A stretch of 64,000 nt of DNA from Octopus vulgaris (lineage: Eukaryota). The translations under genes and the position numbers were made by a program. Under the pieces are notes generated by a model. It searched no databases, had not been told where the DNA came from, and worked only from the letters and a program-made list of their open reading frames with translations. Each line of letters begins with the position of its first letter. Within the stretch, counting starts at the first letter, position 1. Positions 1 to 12,774 of the stretch are shown piece after piece. Where the stretch lies: contig OX597817.1 in assembly GCA_951406725.2 (NCBI GenBank), forward strand, positions 107,632,001 to 107,696,000, given 5' to 3'.

Positions 1-418
1 TATATATATATATATATATATGACTTTATAAATAATTAGATCATTTAGTTTTTCAATCAAACACGTTCTTTTACTTATACTAATGATTAAAGTTTCTGAA
101 TTCATATTGAGGGAGAAGCCATCCCAAATGCAATAAGTAGTGCCAATAATCAAAATAATTTAATGAGTCATTCAGTTTTAAAAGAAATTTACCAAAGTTT
201 GCAAAAGTTTCATATCATCTCCACACTTTAGTTTTTGCATCTAATTACTTTTGCAATTGATACTATTTAAAATGAAGATGCTTATTTTATCATTGTACAA
301 TATGTGATATGAATGTTTAAAATTTTCCAAGAAACCAACTGAATATTTTGAAATGTTTTACATAATCTTACAGTGGAGAACTTGAAGGAGAAAGATTAAG
401 AGAAAATGCACCAGGAGT

Positions 419-700
419 ATCATCATTGTCATCAACATCATTATCTTCCACCTTTGATGCTGGCATGGGTTGGTTGGTTTGACAGGACTTGACAAACCTG
501 AAGACACTGCTTAGCTCTACTGTCTGCTTTGGCATGGTATCAATAACTGAATACCTTTGCTAACACCAACCACTTTACAGCATGTACTGAGTGCTTTTTA
601 CATGGCACCAGTGCCAGTGAGGTCACCAAGTAACTTGTAAGACAAGAGCCCCTTAACTGAGTGGGGAGTAATATTGAGGGAAGTGGCTTTCTAATTAGAG
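419..700 (-). mobile_element. Degenerate non-autonomous copy of the RTE-LINE 3' tail
   Basis: Reverse complement resembles the 3' end of the RTE at 36625-36793 (GTGGTTGG...AACCCATGCCAGCAT...(GAT)n tail). Confidence 0.65.
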
Positions 701-773
701 GCTAGAGTATGATTAGAGAGACAGGAGCAAGTCTCTTTCAGTAAAGGATTTACATTGGTGTCCCAGTTGGAGA

Positions 774-815
<42 letters not shown>

Positions 816-1000
816 TAACTGGGCATACTCTCAAGTTACAGGGAGTTGTATGTAAGTGATATAGAGGATTGAATAAAGTCAATGAGCAGGGAAAAGAATC
901 CAGTGAGTGAATATAGGTGGAAGGAGCAGGTGTTAGGAAGATATGTTGTGAGGGAGAATATAGTGGTTTCAATTCTTATTAAATTATTTGTCAACTCCAC

Positions 1001-1220
1001 TGTTGTTGTTTAGCCCCAGGTCATCCCTAATTGAGCACATGTATATAATGTAAGGTGTACCAGTCATGACCATCCCGCTTTGATTTTCTGCAGATATAAT
1101 ATATCCAGGACTATATTATTCAGTGTATTCTTCATTTAAGACATTAGGGTATGATTTGAGAAAGAGATTTTTGTGTTATTTCTAACAGATTTAGCAATCA
1201 TGTAGAGGTTGCCTTGTTGA
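1001..1220 (-). repeat. Interspersed repeat ending in (CAA)n, probably a LINE/SINE 3' end
   Basis: Shares CTAGAAATAGCAG...GATGGTCATG...CTGGGGCTAAACAACAAC motifs with partial copies near 10200-10480, 25280-25450, 46240-46310, 51640-51840 and 58270-58400. Confidence 0.55.
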
Positions 1221-1474
1221 CTAGTCAGCACCAATATGATTTCCTGTTGGCCTGAACAGTCTTTAATTAGTTCATATGATGTGTAGGTGTTCCTTAAATT
1301 GTTTTCCTTCACTTATTGTCAGACTAAGATTGCCATTTGTACTTTACAAAATTGTTATAAGGGATCTCCGCCAAAATAACATCTCAAATGTTTTACATGT
1401 ATAAGAGCTGAGAAAAATCTTAACAAGTGGCAAAATGGTAATTCTGAAGTTGTTGATAACATCTCCTATTTTTA

Positions 1475-1497
1475 GTATATATATATATATAGATGTA

Positions 1498-1561
<64 letters not shown>

Positions 1562-1692
1562 TGTATGCATATATGTATGTATATATATGTGTATATAGAT
1601 GTATGCATATATGTATGTATATATATGTGTATATAGATGTATGCATATATGTATGTATATATATATATGTGTATATATATGTATGTATATGT
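1475..1692. repeat. (TA)n and compound TA/TG microsatellite
   Basis: Seen directly; it produces the YIYI ORFs. Confidence 0.95.
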
Positions 1693-1719
1693 ATTTTATT
1701 ATCTCCCCTTTTTCCTAGC

Positions 1720-1939
1720 CCTCCTGTGTGACCCCTCTGTCTGGCATTTGCCATGATAGATCGTTAGCCACTAAACCTTTTTCTATTTTCTCTCCTTGTT
1801 TATTTTTGCATTCCTGTCTTTCGAAGAGCATAGGCCTGAAACGTAAAAGACTTTCTCACTTCCCGAACTTTAAACTAATACATCTGTTTGTTGTTTACAC
1901 ACCTGTCTTCATCCTTTGCTTTTTTGTAAATTCTCACTA

Positions 1940-1941
<2 letters not shown>
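1720..1941 (+). mobile_element. Short element in (TA)n with a degenerate hammerhead-like motif; probable PLE terminal-repeat relic
   Basis: Homologous to 50829-51012 (GCCATGATAGATCG...GAAGAGC.TAG...GAAA.GT.AAAGACTTT...TAATACATCTGTTTGTTGT); both copies are flanked by (TA)n. Confidence 0.55.
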
Positions 1942-2002
<61 letters not shown>

Positions 2003-2934
2003 TATTATAATTATGAACATAATTATAATTAGGGTTTAGCAAAATTCTTCACGACATACCGAAATTTAGAAATAGCAATTAAATACTCTTCTACTATGGT
2101 AGTAGTATACTATGTATTCTACTATGGTGTGTGTTTATGTGTACGTGTATGTATATGTACGTGTATATATGAATATGCGTTGTATATCAAGAAAGAATTA
2201 GGTTAAATTACTTTGATTATTGTAATATAAAGAACTGCATACAGCAGCCAATTTGGAAAAATTTTTGGCGTGAAGAAACAAGTTATCTCAGAGTTGTTCA
2301 TGTAGTAGGCTCTAGAATTTGCTTGAGTAAAATGGAGTTTCATTGATTTTCAGTTGCTTCAAATTAATGTGTCTGAAAAGTAGCAGGCTCCTATTTGGAA
2401 TTCATTTTAAAATATGAACGAAGAAAAAATCTACAGATTGTGGATTCCTATATATATGTAGCAGTGTGTTTCTGTTTATGAATAATAATTTAAAAGCAAC
2501 TGTAAATTTTAGATGTTCAAACTTAACAATTTTTGAGTAATCAAATATTAAAACTTGTGAAGATGTTGTCTGAGATAATATAGGTAATCATTTAATTAAA
2601 ATTGATTAAATGTTCAAAGTTCAGTTATTCCTGTCCAAATGTTTTCTTATTTTTATCTCCTTATAATGTAATAAATGCAATGAATTAATAACCATCTTTA
2701 AACTTTAAATGATGCAGGAGTGTCCTTTCTGCAAACACCATTTTCATTCATTCATCTTTTTGTTATCATCATTGTGTTTTACCTTCTCTCAAATAGTAAC
2801 ATAACAGGTATGTGTGCGTATATGTGCAATATGTTTCGAGTTCCTAGTGTTGAAATCTCTGTTTCCGCATCCATTGGTATATTTTCTGTGTTTGATGGAC
2901 TGTCTCATTGAAAATCATGTCTGAGCACCTAGTT

Positions 2935-3247
2935 CTTTATCATTCATCTTTTACTACATGTTACAGTCATTGGACTGTGGCCATGCTGGGGTACCACTTT
3001 GGAAGGTTTAGTTGAACAGATCAACTCTGGTACTTATTTTATTAAATTTGGTAGTCTGTTGGTTTTTTACTGAATTCCTAAATTATGGGTTCCTAACAAA
3101 CCAACAATGGTTGTCAAGCTGTGGGGCGGGGACAAACCACACACACATATAATGTAAGACAACATTTGTCCAAGGTACTCTGCAGTGGGACTGAACCTGA
3201 AACCATGTGGTTGCAAAGTGAGCTTCTTAACCATACAGCTATGCCTG
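2935..3247 (-). mobile_element. tRNA-derived SINE family A, decayed
   Basis: Reverse complement matches the best-preserved copy at 47696-48080. Confidence 0.75.
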
Positions 3248-3556
3248 TTTGATCAACTGGAATACCTACTCTTTGAAGTAGTGTGTATGTGGTTTGAATA
3301 TTTTGCAGAAACATGTACCTTTAATGTAATTCTCAAGTACACTCAGTGGAGCACAGTGAGACAATGTTATTTGCTCTTTGAATTGCCAATACAGTCCATC
3401 TGAAGGGTTTCTTGCCCGTTTTTATCAGCTGAGTGGACTGGGGCAGTGTGAAATGAAGTGTCTTGTTCAAGAATACAATGTGTTGCCCAGTACAGGAATC
3501 AAAACTGCAATCTTACAATTATGAGTGCAACATCCTAACAACTAAGCCATGTGCCT
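3248..3556 (-). mobile_element. tRNA-derived SINE family C, decayed
   Basis: Reverse complement matches 36815-37190 and 34498-34776. Confidence 0.65.
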
Positions 3557-3624
3557 ACACACACACACACATACACCTCTATAACTATCTATCTGTCTGT
3601 CTATCTATCTATATATATATGTAT

Positions 3625-4545
3625 TACGAGTTAGTATCAAAAGGTTTCCGGACAATATATATATATATCTATATCTATATTACGAGTGGTATCAAAAGGT
3701 TCCTGGACTATTTATGTTTAATAAAAAAATAAATTATTTACATGAGTTTTAATATCATCTCCTTTGAAATCATCACCTTACGCAGCAATACACAATTCCC
3801 AGCATTCCTTCCAGTTTTGGAATCTGGCCTGGAAGCTGTTCTCTGTAAGCAAACCGAAGACCTTCTGTGATTCGCTCTGAATCATGGCAACGGTGTTAAA
3901 ACAGCACTCTTTGAGCTGCACTTTCATCTTGGGGAAGAGATAGAAGTCTGCAGGTGCTACATCTCGTAAATAGGGCAGGTATGGAAGCAGTACCTTGCTG
4001 TTTTTGACAAGAAACTCACAAGTGAGGAGAGCTCAGAGAAGAATCCAATTCTTCATGCTCCACAGATCTGGTCACTTTTGCTGAATATCTTCTCTCAAAT
4101 GCTTCAAAACCTCATAGTAGAACTCTCGATTCATCTGGCTCTGGGGGATAAATTCTCAAAGCACAATATCACATTTCTGGTGGAGTGATGCTTGTGGCAG
4201 GTCTTCCAGATTGCTCATCGTTTTCCAGGGATGTTCTTCTACTTTTGAAGTGCCCATGCCACTTAAAACATTGCTTGCAACCCATTGCTTCATTCTTGTA
4301 AGCTTGCCAATGCATACTCAATGTCTCTGTTGCAGACATCCCAATTTTAATGCAAAATACCATAATGGCTCCTTATTCCTGTCCATGAGAAAATTACAGA
4401 CAACAGCATACACATGATCACCAAAACACAAATTTCACAACTTACGAAGTAAATGCAGCAATGTCACTTGGCACACTGTCTCATGAAAGCCACTGCTTGC
4501 TCTCACTGTGCACACAATCATGTGCTGTCATCTGTTGGTATACTA
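3625..4545 (-). mobile_element. Mariner DNA transposon relic with transposase pseudogene
   Basis: ORF 4169-4363 (FCIKIGMSATETLSM..QAY..EAM...CFKWHGHFKS.RTSLENDEQSGRP) is a typical mariner N-terminal HTH; TIR-like TACGAG..GTATCAAAAGGT..C.GGAC at 3625 and 3681. Confidence 0.85.
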
Positions 4546-4777
4546 TTGATATTATCTTGTATGTATGCACACACACACACGTCTGTATTATGCTGTATGT
4601 TTTCATAAATATATGCGTTTTTATACAAACATGTTCGCATAATGATGAGGGAATCAAGGCAGGTGAAATGAGGAGGTCTCTGGTGGAGCAGGAATAGAAA
4701 TAGCTCTGCCTGATTAGGTTCAATGGTTGAAAATTTTCATGTAAAAATTATAGCCTCTAATCAGATGAAGGTCTTTC

Positions 4778-4778
<1 letters not shown>

Positions 4779-4821
<43 letters not shown>
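4779..4821. repeat. (AAT)n microsatellite
   Basis: Seen directly. Confidence 0.95.
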
Positions 4822-4822
<1 letters not shown>

Positions 4823-5289
4823 GTGGTGTGTTATTTATTTTTTTTCTGAGAGCCAGTGATTGAAGCAATATCCAGTAATGGACTATATTTAGGCTGAATA
4901 GAGAGATGGGCTGAAATACTCCATAGCTCGAAAGAGAAAATTACATCATAATGCAATATTTGAAAAGTTGTGAAGATAATTTTATGAGCGAGAAATGTTG
5001 GACGTAATGATGATTAAAAGTAAGAGTAGTTAGGTGGGGAAGGAGGACCTTTTATATGGTGGACTGTTGAAGAGAACTAGATTTTCTTAAAATGAATAAT
5101 ATTCAACGTTTTGATATTGGTATTGTTAAATTTTACTAAATTGTCAGCTCCTAATTGAAGGATTCAGAGAAGGATTTTCTTTTTACTTGTGGAAGAAGAA
5201 ATTGCCTTGTTGGCATTAATGATATTAGCTGCAGGCAGGTTGTTTTATTTAAAGGGTATGGTGGAATGGAGAAAGAGTTATTGTTAAGT

Positions 5290-5900
5290 TTAACTCTTTA
5301 GCATTCAGATTGCTCTGTCAAATGTAATGCTTATTCACATTGTATTGAATTCATCATGCATTATCACATAGCTTCGAGATTTTGATGAGGGGATTGTTTA
5401 TTTTTAGAAAGATACGAGCAAAATGCCTCCCCCCCCCGTCCAATGGACGGTGCTGAGTTGTCAAACATTTAAACCAAATTTTCTCAAAACAACTTGTCTG
5501 ACCGTCCCTTTGAGAACCTAAATTTGATACACCAAACAGGCCAGCTTTTTTTGCGCAAACTGCGTGTGCATTTTTCTCGTGTATGCGTAGTATTGATCGC
5601 AACAGCTAATGTACTTGCACGTACAAATGCACGTTCGCACGGCTTTATTGATCGCATTTTCACCAGGAATCGATTTTTGTAATTTTTTCAAGACTTATAT
5701 ATGCCCTTATATCATTGGTATCTACATATCAAATTTGAGTGCAATCGGATGGAGGATGCCCGAGATCCTAGAAGACATACACAGACAGAACGGATTTTAT
5801 ATAATAAATTATTGGGTAAGTGTAAGAGGTCAGACCTAGCCAGTTTGAACATAAAACAGGTAAGATATCTGGGCCAGATATCACCAGTTTAAATGATCAA
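5290..5900. mobile_element. piggyBac-type MITE interrupted by a younger insertion
   Basis: TTAAC.CTTTAGCATTCAGATT start; the body matches the 6060, 8900 and 21545 copies and resumes near 5810. Confidence 0.65.
5413..5805 (+). mobile_element. Helentron/DINE-1-like non-autonomous element
   Basis: CpG-rich insert splitting a MITE; ends AAATTTGAGTGCAATCGG...ACACAGACAGA...TTTTATATA, an end style shared with 49074-49380 and ~32300-32395. Confidence 0.5.
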
Positions 5901-6059
5901 AGAAACTTTTTGGCATATATGAATAGCCACTCATTTATTGATCAACCAAACATTATTTTCCTCTGAAACATTAAAAGACAAGATATGAAAAGATATATAA
6001 AGGACACATAACCTGCTAGAAATAGTAATCAAATCTTTCTGAAATCACACACCATTATC

Positions 6060-6306
6060 TTAACCCTTAAGCATCAGATTACTCTGTCAAATGCAATTTT
6101 TATTTATTCACATTGTTTTGAATTAATTACATTAAATGTACATGTAGAATATTCAGTTAGCTTTGAAATTTTGATGATTATGATGTGATTGTTTATTTTT
6201 ACAATGACGTTGTTGGTTTGTGTGAGAGACCAGATTTGGTCAGTTTGAACTAAAAATAGGTAAAATATTTGGTCTGGATATGGTCAGTTTAAATGCTAAA
6301 GGTTAA
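6060..6306. mobile_element. piggyBac-type MITE
   Basis: TTAA-CCCTTAAGCAT ... AATGCTAAAGG-TTAA termini (TTAA target, CCC/GGG-type ends). Confidence 0.75.
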
Positions 6307-7011
6307 AAAAAAAAGAAAGGGTATATTAGCTGATTTACTCATGAATGCTACAAACAAGGCTGGATCATTACAGCTTGAAGGCTTTTGTCTGCTCATTTAA
6401 CACAGGTGTGGGGCTAAACTTTGAACCATTCTATAGATTTATGAATTTCAGACTAATGTATGAATTCCTGAACTTACATCACTATATTGTATATTCGTTA
6501 TTTTTAATAAATATAAAAAAAATAAATACAGAAAGGCCAGATAATTTGATGGAAACTATTCTGAGCCTATACATTTCATCTCCTTTTAAGTTTTCACATT
6601 TGAATTCAATCTATTTGAGAATGTGTTGCTCAAGATTGCTCATTATAATGTTAATGCTATGTACTCTGGAGTACTGCAATAGGAATCAGAAATGATCAGA
6701 AGAACTAAAGTTGGGACGACTGGCATGGAAAGTAAAAGTCCTACCAGGTCATAATTCTGCTATTTCATGCCCCCAAATGTAACCATGGATTTTGTGCCAA
6801 AATTGGCCTAATAAGCAACCTGAAGACTCAGAAAGAGTAAAGCTGCTAATCTGGTTATCTTCAGAAATATAAAGGATGGACATCATTTAATATTGTAGAT
6901 TAATGTAGCTGCTGAATACCAAATAAGTAAATTGATGTAATTACACATTTGTATTTTATATCTCCAAAATATAGACATGCATTTATATATATATATGTAC
7001 ATATATACACA

Positions 7012-7240
7012 CAGGGTTATTCAAAAAGAAAGAGCAGATTTTAAATTTATTTTTTAAACAAACGGTAAGAGGCATAAACACATTCTACATATTTCTTGAT
7101 GGGGGAAGGTTTAAAGTTTATAGCTGAACATGATTAATTTTGTTTTAATGTTTCATTTTGTTCATTTTATTTAAAGTTGTATAATTTTCATTTGTGTAAT
7201 CCCTTAGAAAATGGTGACGCCACAAGAAAAGTCTTTTGGG
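7012..7240 (+). mobile_element. Tc1/mariner 5' end fragment
   Basis: CAGGGTTATTCAAAA TIR-like start after TA/CA repeats; ATGGTGACGCCACAAGAAAAG (M.TPQEK) resembles a transposase start. Confidence 0.45.
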
Positions 7241-7307
7241 CTGCAGGCCCAATTAGCCTCTGCAGGAGCTAACTTAAAAGTTCACACAGAGTGCTGTTTT
7301 TAAGCTA

Positions 7308-7362
<55 letters not shown>

Positions 7363-7365
<3 letters not shown>

Positions 7366-7590
7366 AGGTGCATAGTTTAGTGGTTAGGGAGTTGGATTCA
7401 TGATCATAAGATTGTGGTTTCGATTCCTGGGCCAGGCAATGTGTTATGTTCTTGAGCAGAACATTTCATTTCACATTGCTCCAGTCCTTACAGCTAGTAG
7501 AAATGACTAATCCTGCAATGATGGGTTGCCATCCCATTCAGGGAGGAATATATATGCCAAAGAAACTGAAAAAATCAGCCCTTATGGTGT
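7363..7590 (+). mobile_element. tRNA-derived SINE with family C head
   Basis: A box TAGTTTAGTGG, B box GTTTCGATTCC, then a CORE-like TTCTTGAGCAGAACA segment. Confidence 0.75.
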
Positions 7591-8259
7591 AATGTTGACT
7601 AGCCATATATACATATGTGTGTGTATGTATATATATATAAGTGTATGTTAAAGCTTGATATTAGTAAATTAGTGCTTAGTGCAGTGTGCAATCTGTGTGA
7701 ATTAATGATGTAAAAGTAATTATCTTGGTTTACAGTGTTTTTGTTAGGTGGCCTTTATTGTAGCAAATATATAAATATATCAGGTGGATGAGGTTTTTAA
7801 CATGTTCTAGCAAATGAGGTTACACACATTATCTTTCTCTTTCTCTCTCTCACTCTCTCACTCTCACTCTCTCTCTCTCTCTCTCTCTTTCTCTCTTTTC
7901 TGTCTGATTCTTTCTCATCCACTGCTCCAACAAAGAAAATGACAGCTGTATGAGACTAAGTTTTTGGTGGCATTTATGATATCAATAAGAATTCCTAACA
8001 CTATTACAAAATCTGCAAATTTGAGGTGGGGGTATATTAGTTTGATTAAATGTACCATAGTACTTGACAAGTACTTATTTTATCCCCAAACAGATGAAAA
8101 GCAGTGTTGATCTTGTTGGGATTTGAACCCAGAACATAAGGATAGTAACTTAACACCATGACACTTATGTCTTACACACTGCTGATTTTACTCTATGAAT
8201 AATGATAATTTCTCGCATAATAACGTGTATAATTAATAAAATAGTCTGTCTTTATTAAT

Positions 8260-8484
8260 CAACTTTTCCTTGTTTCAGTCATTAGACTGCTGTCATGCAG
8301 GGACACTGCCTTGAAGAACTTTAGTGTGACTTATTGACCCTAGTAGTTATTATGTTTCTGTAACACTTGATACTTATTCTATTGGTATCTTTTGCTGCAC
8401 TGCTAAGTTATGGGGTCGTAGACAACCAACACCAGTTGTCAAGTAGTAGTGGGGGACAAACACATACACAAAGACACACAAATG

Positions 8485-8523
<39 letters not shown>

Positions 8524-8610
8524 CAGGCTTCTTTCAGTTTCTGTCTGCCAAATCCACTCACAAGGCCCTGTTGGGAAGCAATCTTCTTACCACACAACCA
8601 TGTCTGTGCC
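8260..8610 (-). mobile_element. SINE family A
   Basis: Homology to 47696-48080. Confidence 0.75.
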
Positions 8611-8899
8611 TATTGTTCCCAATTTAAGTACAAGGCTAGCAATTTGAGAGCAACCCCAGTACTTGACTGAAATTTAAAGTCAGAATGCAAAGAGCCAGAA
8701 GGTATTTTAATCAATGTTCAAATTCTTATGCCAATCCATCACACCATTGTTTTATCTTTAATAGCTAATTACTGATCTGAACATAAGGCCACACATTTTG
8801 TGGGGATGCTGATAGTTGGTGAATTGGTGAAAATATTTGATGGGATAATTGTTTACTCCTCTAATGATTTTACTAATCTATCTGCCAGTTTCCAATTTC

Positions 8900-9119
8900 A
8901 CCCTTTAGCATTCAGATTACAATGTCAAAATGTAATGCTTATTTATTCATGTTGTTTTCAAGTATATTATCTCATAACTTTGAGACTTGAATGATGCGAT
9001 TGTTTATTTTCAGAATGACATTGTAGGATAGGTTTGAGAGGTCAGATCTGACCAGTTTGAAAATTGTACTGGTAGAATATTTTGGTTGGATATGGCTGGT
9101 TCAAATGTTAAAGGGTTAA
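8900..9119. mobile_element. piggyBac-type MITE
   Basis: CCCTTTAGCATT ... AATGTTAAAGGG-TTAA termini. Confidence 0.75.
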
Positions 9120-10308
9120 ATTGTATCTGTAAATGTTAAATGTTGAAAAACATAAGATTGTTACAGAATGTCTGTATTTCCATTTTATTTCTAAATGCGA
9201 AAATATAATTAGTCTGCGAAGGTGTAGATCTCTGACATATTACAGGCACAGACAGGTAATTGAATTGTGGAAGATATTACATCTGCATTAAAGGAGTTTG
9301 ATGCTTGTTACAGACCCACACTCAAATAATGGCAAGTGCTTATAAATTCCACAGGCATAACCATGTTGTTAAGTTCACTTTGTAATCACATGCTTCTGGG
9401 TTCTATCCCATTGTTGCAACACTTGGGCAGAGTGGAATTTTGTGTGTGTGTGTATACATAATCAAAATGTCTCAGCCATCACGACCATCTCATTTTTTTC
9501 CAGATGTAGCATATTTAGAACTACATTATCCATTGTGTTCTTACTTTTTTATATTTTATTTTATTATTTTTTTTTTATTAAGGAGACAGGAGTTGATTCA
9601 AGGGAAATTTGGGTACTATTTCTAGCAAGTTGAGCATTCATACAGATAGTCCTCTCATTGGCTCGTGTTTATACGTGTGTTTATATGTGCCATCTGAAGA
9701 TAATTAGAGGAAAATACTTTTTGAAATGATGCATTGTTGAAAATATAAGATGAGATAATTAGTCTGATCAAATCATACAACTCTACTCATCAAACATAGG
9801 TATGTAAAAATAAACAGGTAGACATGTTTTTTCTGGTAATGTAGTTGTTTATATAATCACAATTTGACTGTTGTTAGGTACATAGCTGGCCAGCATACTC
9901 TGTTATTCTTTTTATTTTTAATTTAATTTTGTAAGTTTTTGCTTTAATTTATGAAAAATATCAGCAGTAATCTAGGAATTGTTGATTGGTGGTGCATTCA
10001 GTCTGTAACAAGTTATAAAACTGAGTTGTATTCATTCTTGTACATGGCTTGGATCCACTCTGATTTTCTTGTAAAGTGGTTGGGATTGGCATCTTTGAAA
10101 CAAATGCTTATGGGAACCAATTACTTCATATCAAAATGAAAATATTAATGCATACTTTTTGCATGTGTTTTGTAATCAACTAAAAAGGAAGCTTTCATTT
10201 ATGTGGTAGCTCAGCTTGCTAGAAATAGTTGTCAAAACTCCTTTAGATAATACACCAAAGCATTAATTAAAAAGAGGAAATGTTATATTTGATAATGTAG
10301 TTCTAGAA

Positions 10309-10383
10309 CAGGCATGCACAACTTTTTTCAAGTAGGGCCGCATGAGACATGGCTTATCATGAGGTGGGCCACGCCTATGATTG
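10309..10383. mobile_element. Internally deleted hAT (Charlie-like) MITE with 8-bp TSD
   Basis: CAGGCATGCACAAC start; TTCTAGAA duplicated at 10301-10308 and 10384-10391 (fits the NTCTAGAN Charlie target); related sequence near 48450-48580. Confidence 0.7.
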
Positions 10384-11388
10384 TTCTAGAAACTCTCAGA
10401 AAGGCATCATTTTTGTGCCTCTAATGCCTTTGATCATAGGGCTGCTTGATAAGAATTGACCTGAGACTAAACAACGACAAAAGCTAAAGAAACAGTATAT
10501 TAATATTCTATCGTGAAAAAACACAAAAGAAAGAAAAAGCAATGTGAATTTCATTTATTTCTTACTATTGGGTAAGAGTTTAGTGGTGGTGGTGGTGGTG
10601 GAGTTAAAGCTGATATTGGACAAGTCATGCTGCCAGTGGAAATTATTATTGTAGAGGTCATGCTAACAATTGGTAATATAACTTGACTTAGAAAAATAAT
10701 TAATCCATTACAAACAGAGTAAATGAACAAAAAGCTGTAAAATGTTTAACAGAAGACTGTAGGATAAAATTGCTCATGATAACAAGAAGATAGAAATCAA
10801 AGCCATCTCCAATTTTTAAGACAATCGTTAATTTATATGATTATATACAGATGTTTGAGTGTTGATCGGAATAATCTAGAACACAATCAAAATCAATTTG
10901 AAATTTGGTTTTCGATACTAAAATATATTTGTGCTATGTGTGTGTGTGTGTATGTGTGTGTGTGTAAACTGTATGTGTGTGTGTAAACTGCAAGAAGAAC
11001 TGAGTGCAAATGAGCAGTATAAATTATTTATATATTGAAGTTATAGTTATTGGCTGCTGCGAGCCAAAGTAATAACCATATTTTATAAACGCAAGTACCA
11101 AATTTAGAATAATTAGAATCTCTGTTGTAAGTAGTTGGTGTCTTATTTTATTCATCTTATTTTACATGCCAAAGTCATTCAGCTGCCATCATACTGGGAC
11201 ACAGCCTTGAAGGGTTTTAAGTCAAACAAATTGACTCTGGTACTTATTCTTCTTTTAAGTATCATACTTATAACAGTTTCTTTTGCTGAACCCCTAAGTT
11301 ACAGGGTTGTAAACAAACTAACTCCAGTTGTCAAGCAGTGGTGGTAGTAATAAACACGGACTCAAAGACGCACATGCATACACATACT

Positions 11389-11428
<40 letters not shown>

Positions 11429-11429
11429 A

Positions 11430-11560
11430 AAATAAGATGATAAAGGAATAAGTGACTAACTTATGAACTTCATTAGCTTATAGCTGTTTCTGCTATAAGA
11501 TGCAGTGGACTCATAGTTGAGTGTTAGAGTAACCCTTTATAGCTTCATTGGAGTCCTGAA
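11430..11560 (-). mobile_element. Short element in (TA)n with a decayed hammerhead-like motif
   Basis: Minus strand: CCAATGA-A-GCTATAA...TTATAGC-A-GAAA-CAGCTA-TA; stem II pairs, core is degenerate. Confidence 0.35.
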
Positions 11561-11574
11561 TATATATATATATT

Positions 11575-11747
11575 TCGGAGTGGTTGGTCTACACTCTTGG
11601 AGTGGTTGGCATTAGGAAGGGCATCCACCTGTAGAAACCCTGCCAGATCAAGATTGGAGCCTGGTGCAGCCATCTGGTTCGCCAGTCTTCAGTCAAATCG
11701 TCCAACCCATGCTAAGCATGGAAAGCGGATGTTAAACGACGATGATG
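11575..11747 (+). mobile_element. RTE 3'-tail copy
   Basis: GGAGTGGTTGGCATTAGGAAGGGCATCC...GCATGGAAAGCGGATGTTAAACGACGATGAT. Confidence 0.85.
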
Positions 11748-12244
11748 TTCACAAGGCATTGGTTGGCCTGGGACTATTGTAGAAAAGACTTGCTCAAAGT
11801 GATACATAAGGTCAAGGAGTATCTGGGCTGCTCTAATCTAGCTCTAAAAACTGTCTCTGTCACTTAGCAGTTTGGCAAAAAAAGACCAATAGAATAGGTA
11901 CTAGGCTTACAAAGAATAAGTCCTGGGGTCATTTTATTCAACTAAGGGTGGTGCTACAGTATGGCCACAGTCAAATGACTGAAACAAGAAGAAGAATATA
12001 TATATATATATATATATATGATACAGTGTGGACTAAAATCCCTGTAGACAGGCCACTGGTATTAAATTAAGTGTTAAATATCTATTATATGCAAATTAGT
12101 AGCTCCAATTCTTTGAAGCTGATGGGCTTGTTGTGTACATAAACAGATCGGCTACTTGTTTCCCTGGGCTTGATCAAATGATGTAGACACCTTATGAGAA
12201 CCCAGTTCTAGCTATATGTATATATATATATATATGTGTGTGTG

Positions 12245-12591
12245 TTTGAGTGTGATCATTGCCAGCGTCGCCTTACTGGCACTTGTGCCGTTGTGCCGGT
12301 GATACGTGAAGAAACATTTGAGCGAGGTCGTTGCCAGTGCCGCTGGACAGGCTCCTGTGCAGGTGGCACGTAAAAGACACCATTTGAGCGTGGCTGTTGC
12401 CAGTACCGCCTGACTGGCACGTAAAAGCACCCACTACACTCTTGTAGCGGTTGACGTTAGGAAGGGCATCCCACTGTAGAAACTCTGTCAGATCAGATTG
12501 GAGCCTAGTGCAGCCATCTGTTCGCCAGCCCTCAGTCAAATTGTCCAACCTATGCTAGCATGGAAAGCGGACGTTAAACAATGATGATGAT
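12245..12591 (+). mobile_element. 5'-truncated RTE 3' UTR with three structured modules and tail
   Basis: Three GAG.GTG..CGTTGCCAG-loop-C.GGC modules, then the RTE tail and (GAT)n. Confidence 0.85.
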
Positions 12592-12734
12592 ATATATATA
12601 TATATATATGAAGATTATGAATTTGCAGTAGAAAACCCTGTTTTGGAGGTATATAGTACACTGTTCTATGAGGGTCAGTTCAACAAAAAAGTATCTCATC
12701 TGTGTGTGTGTATATGAATATGTGTGTGTGTGTG

Positions 12735-12774
<40 letters not shown>

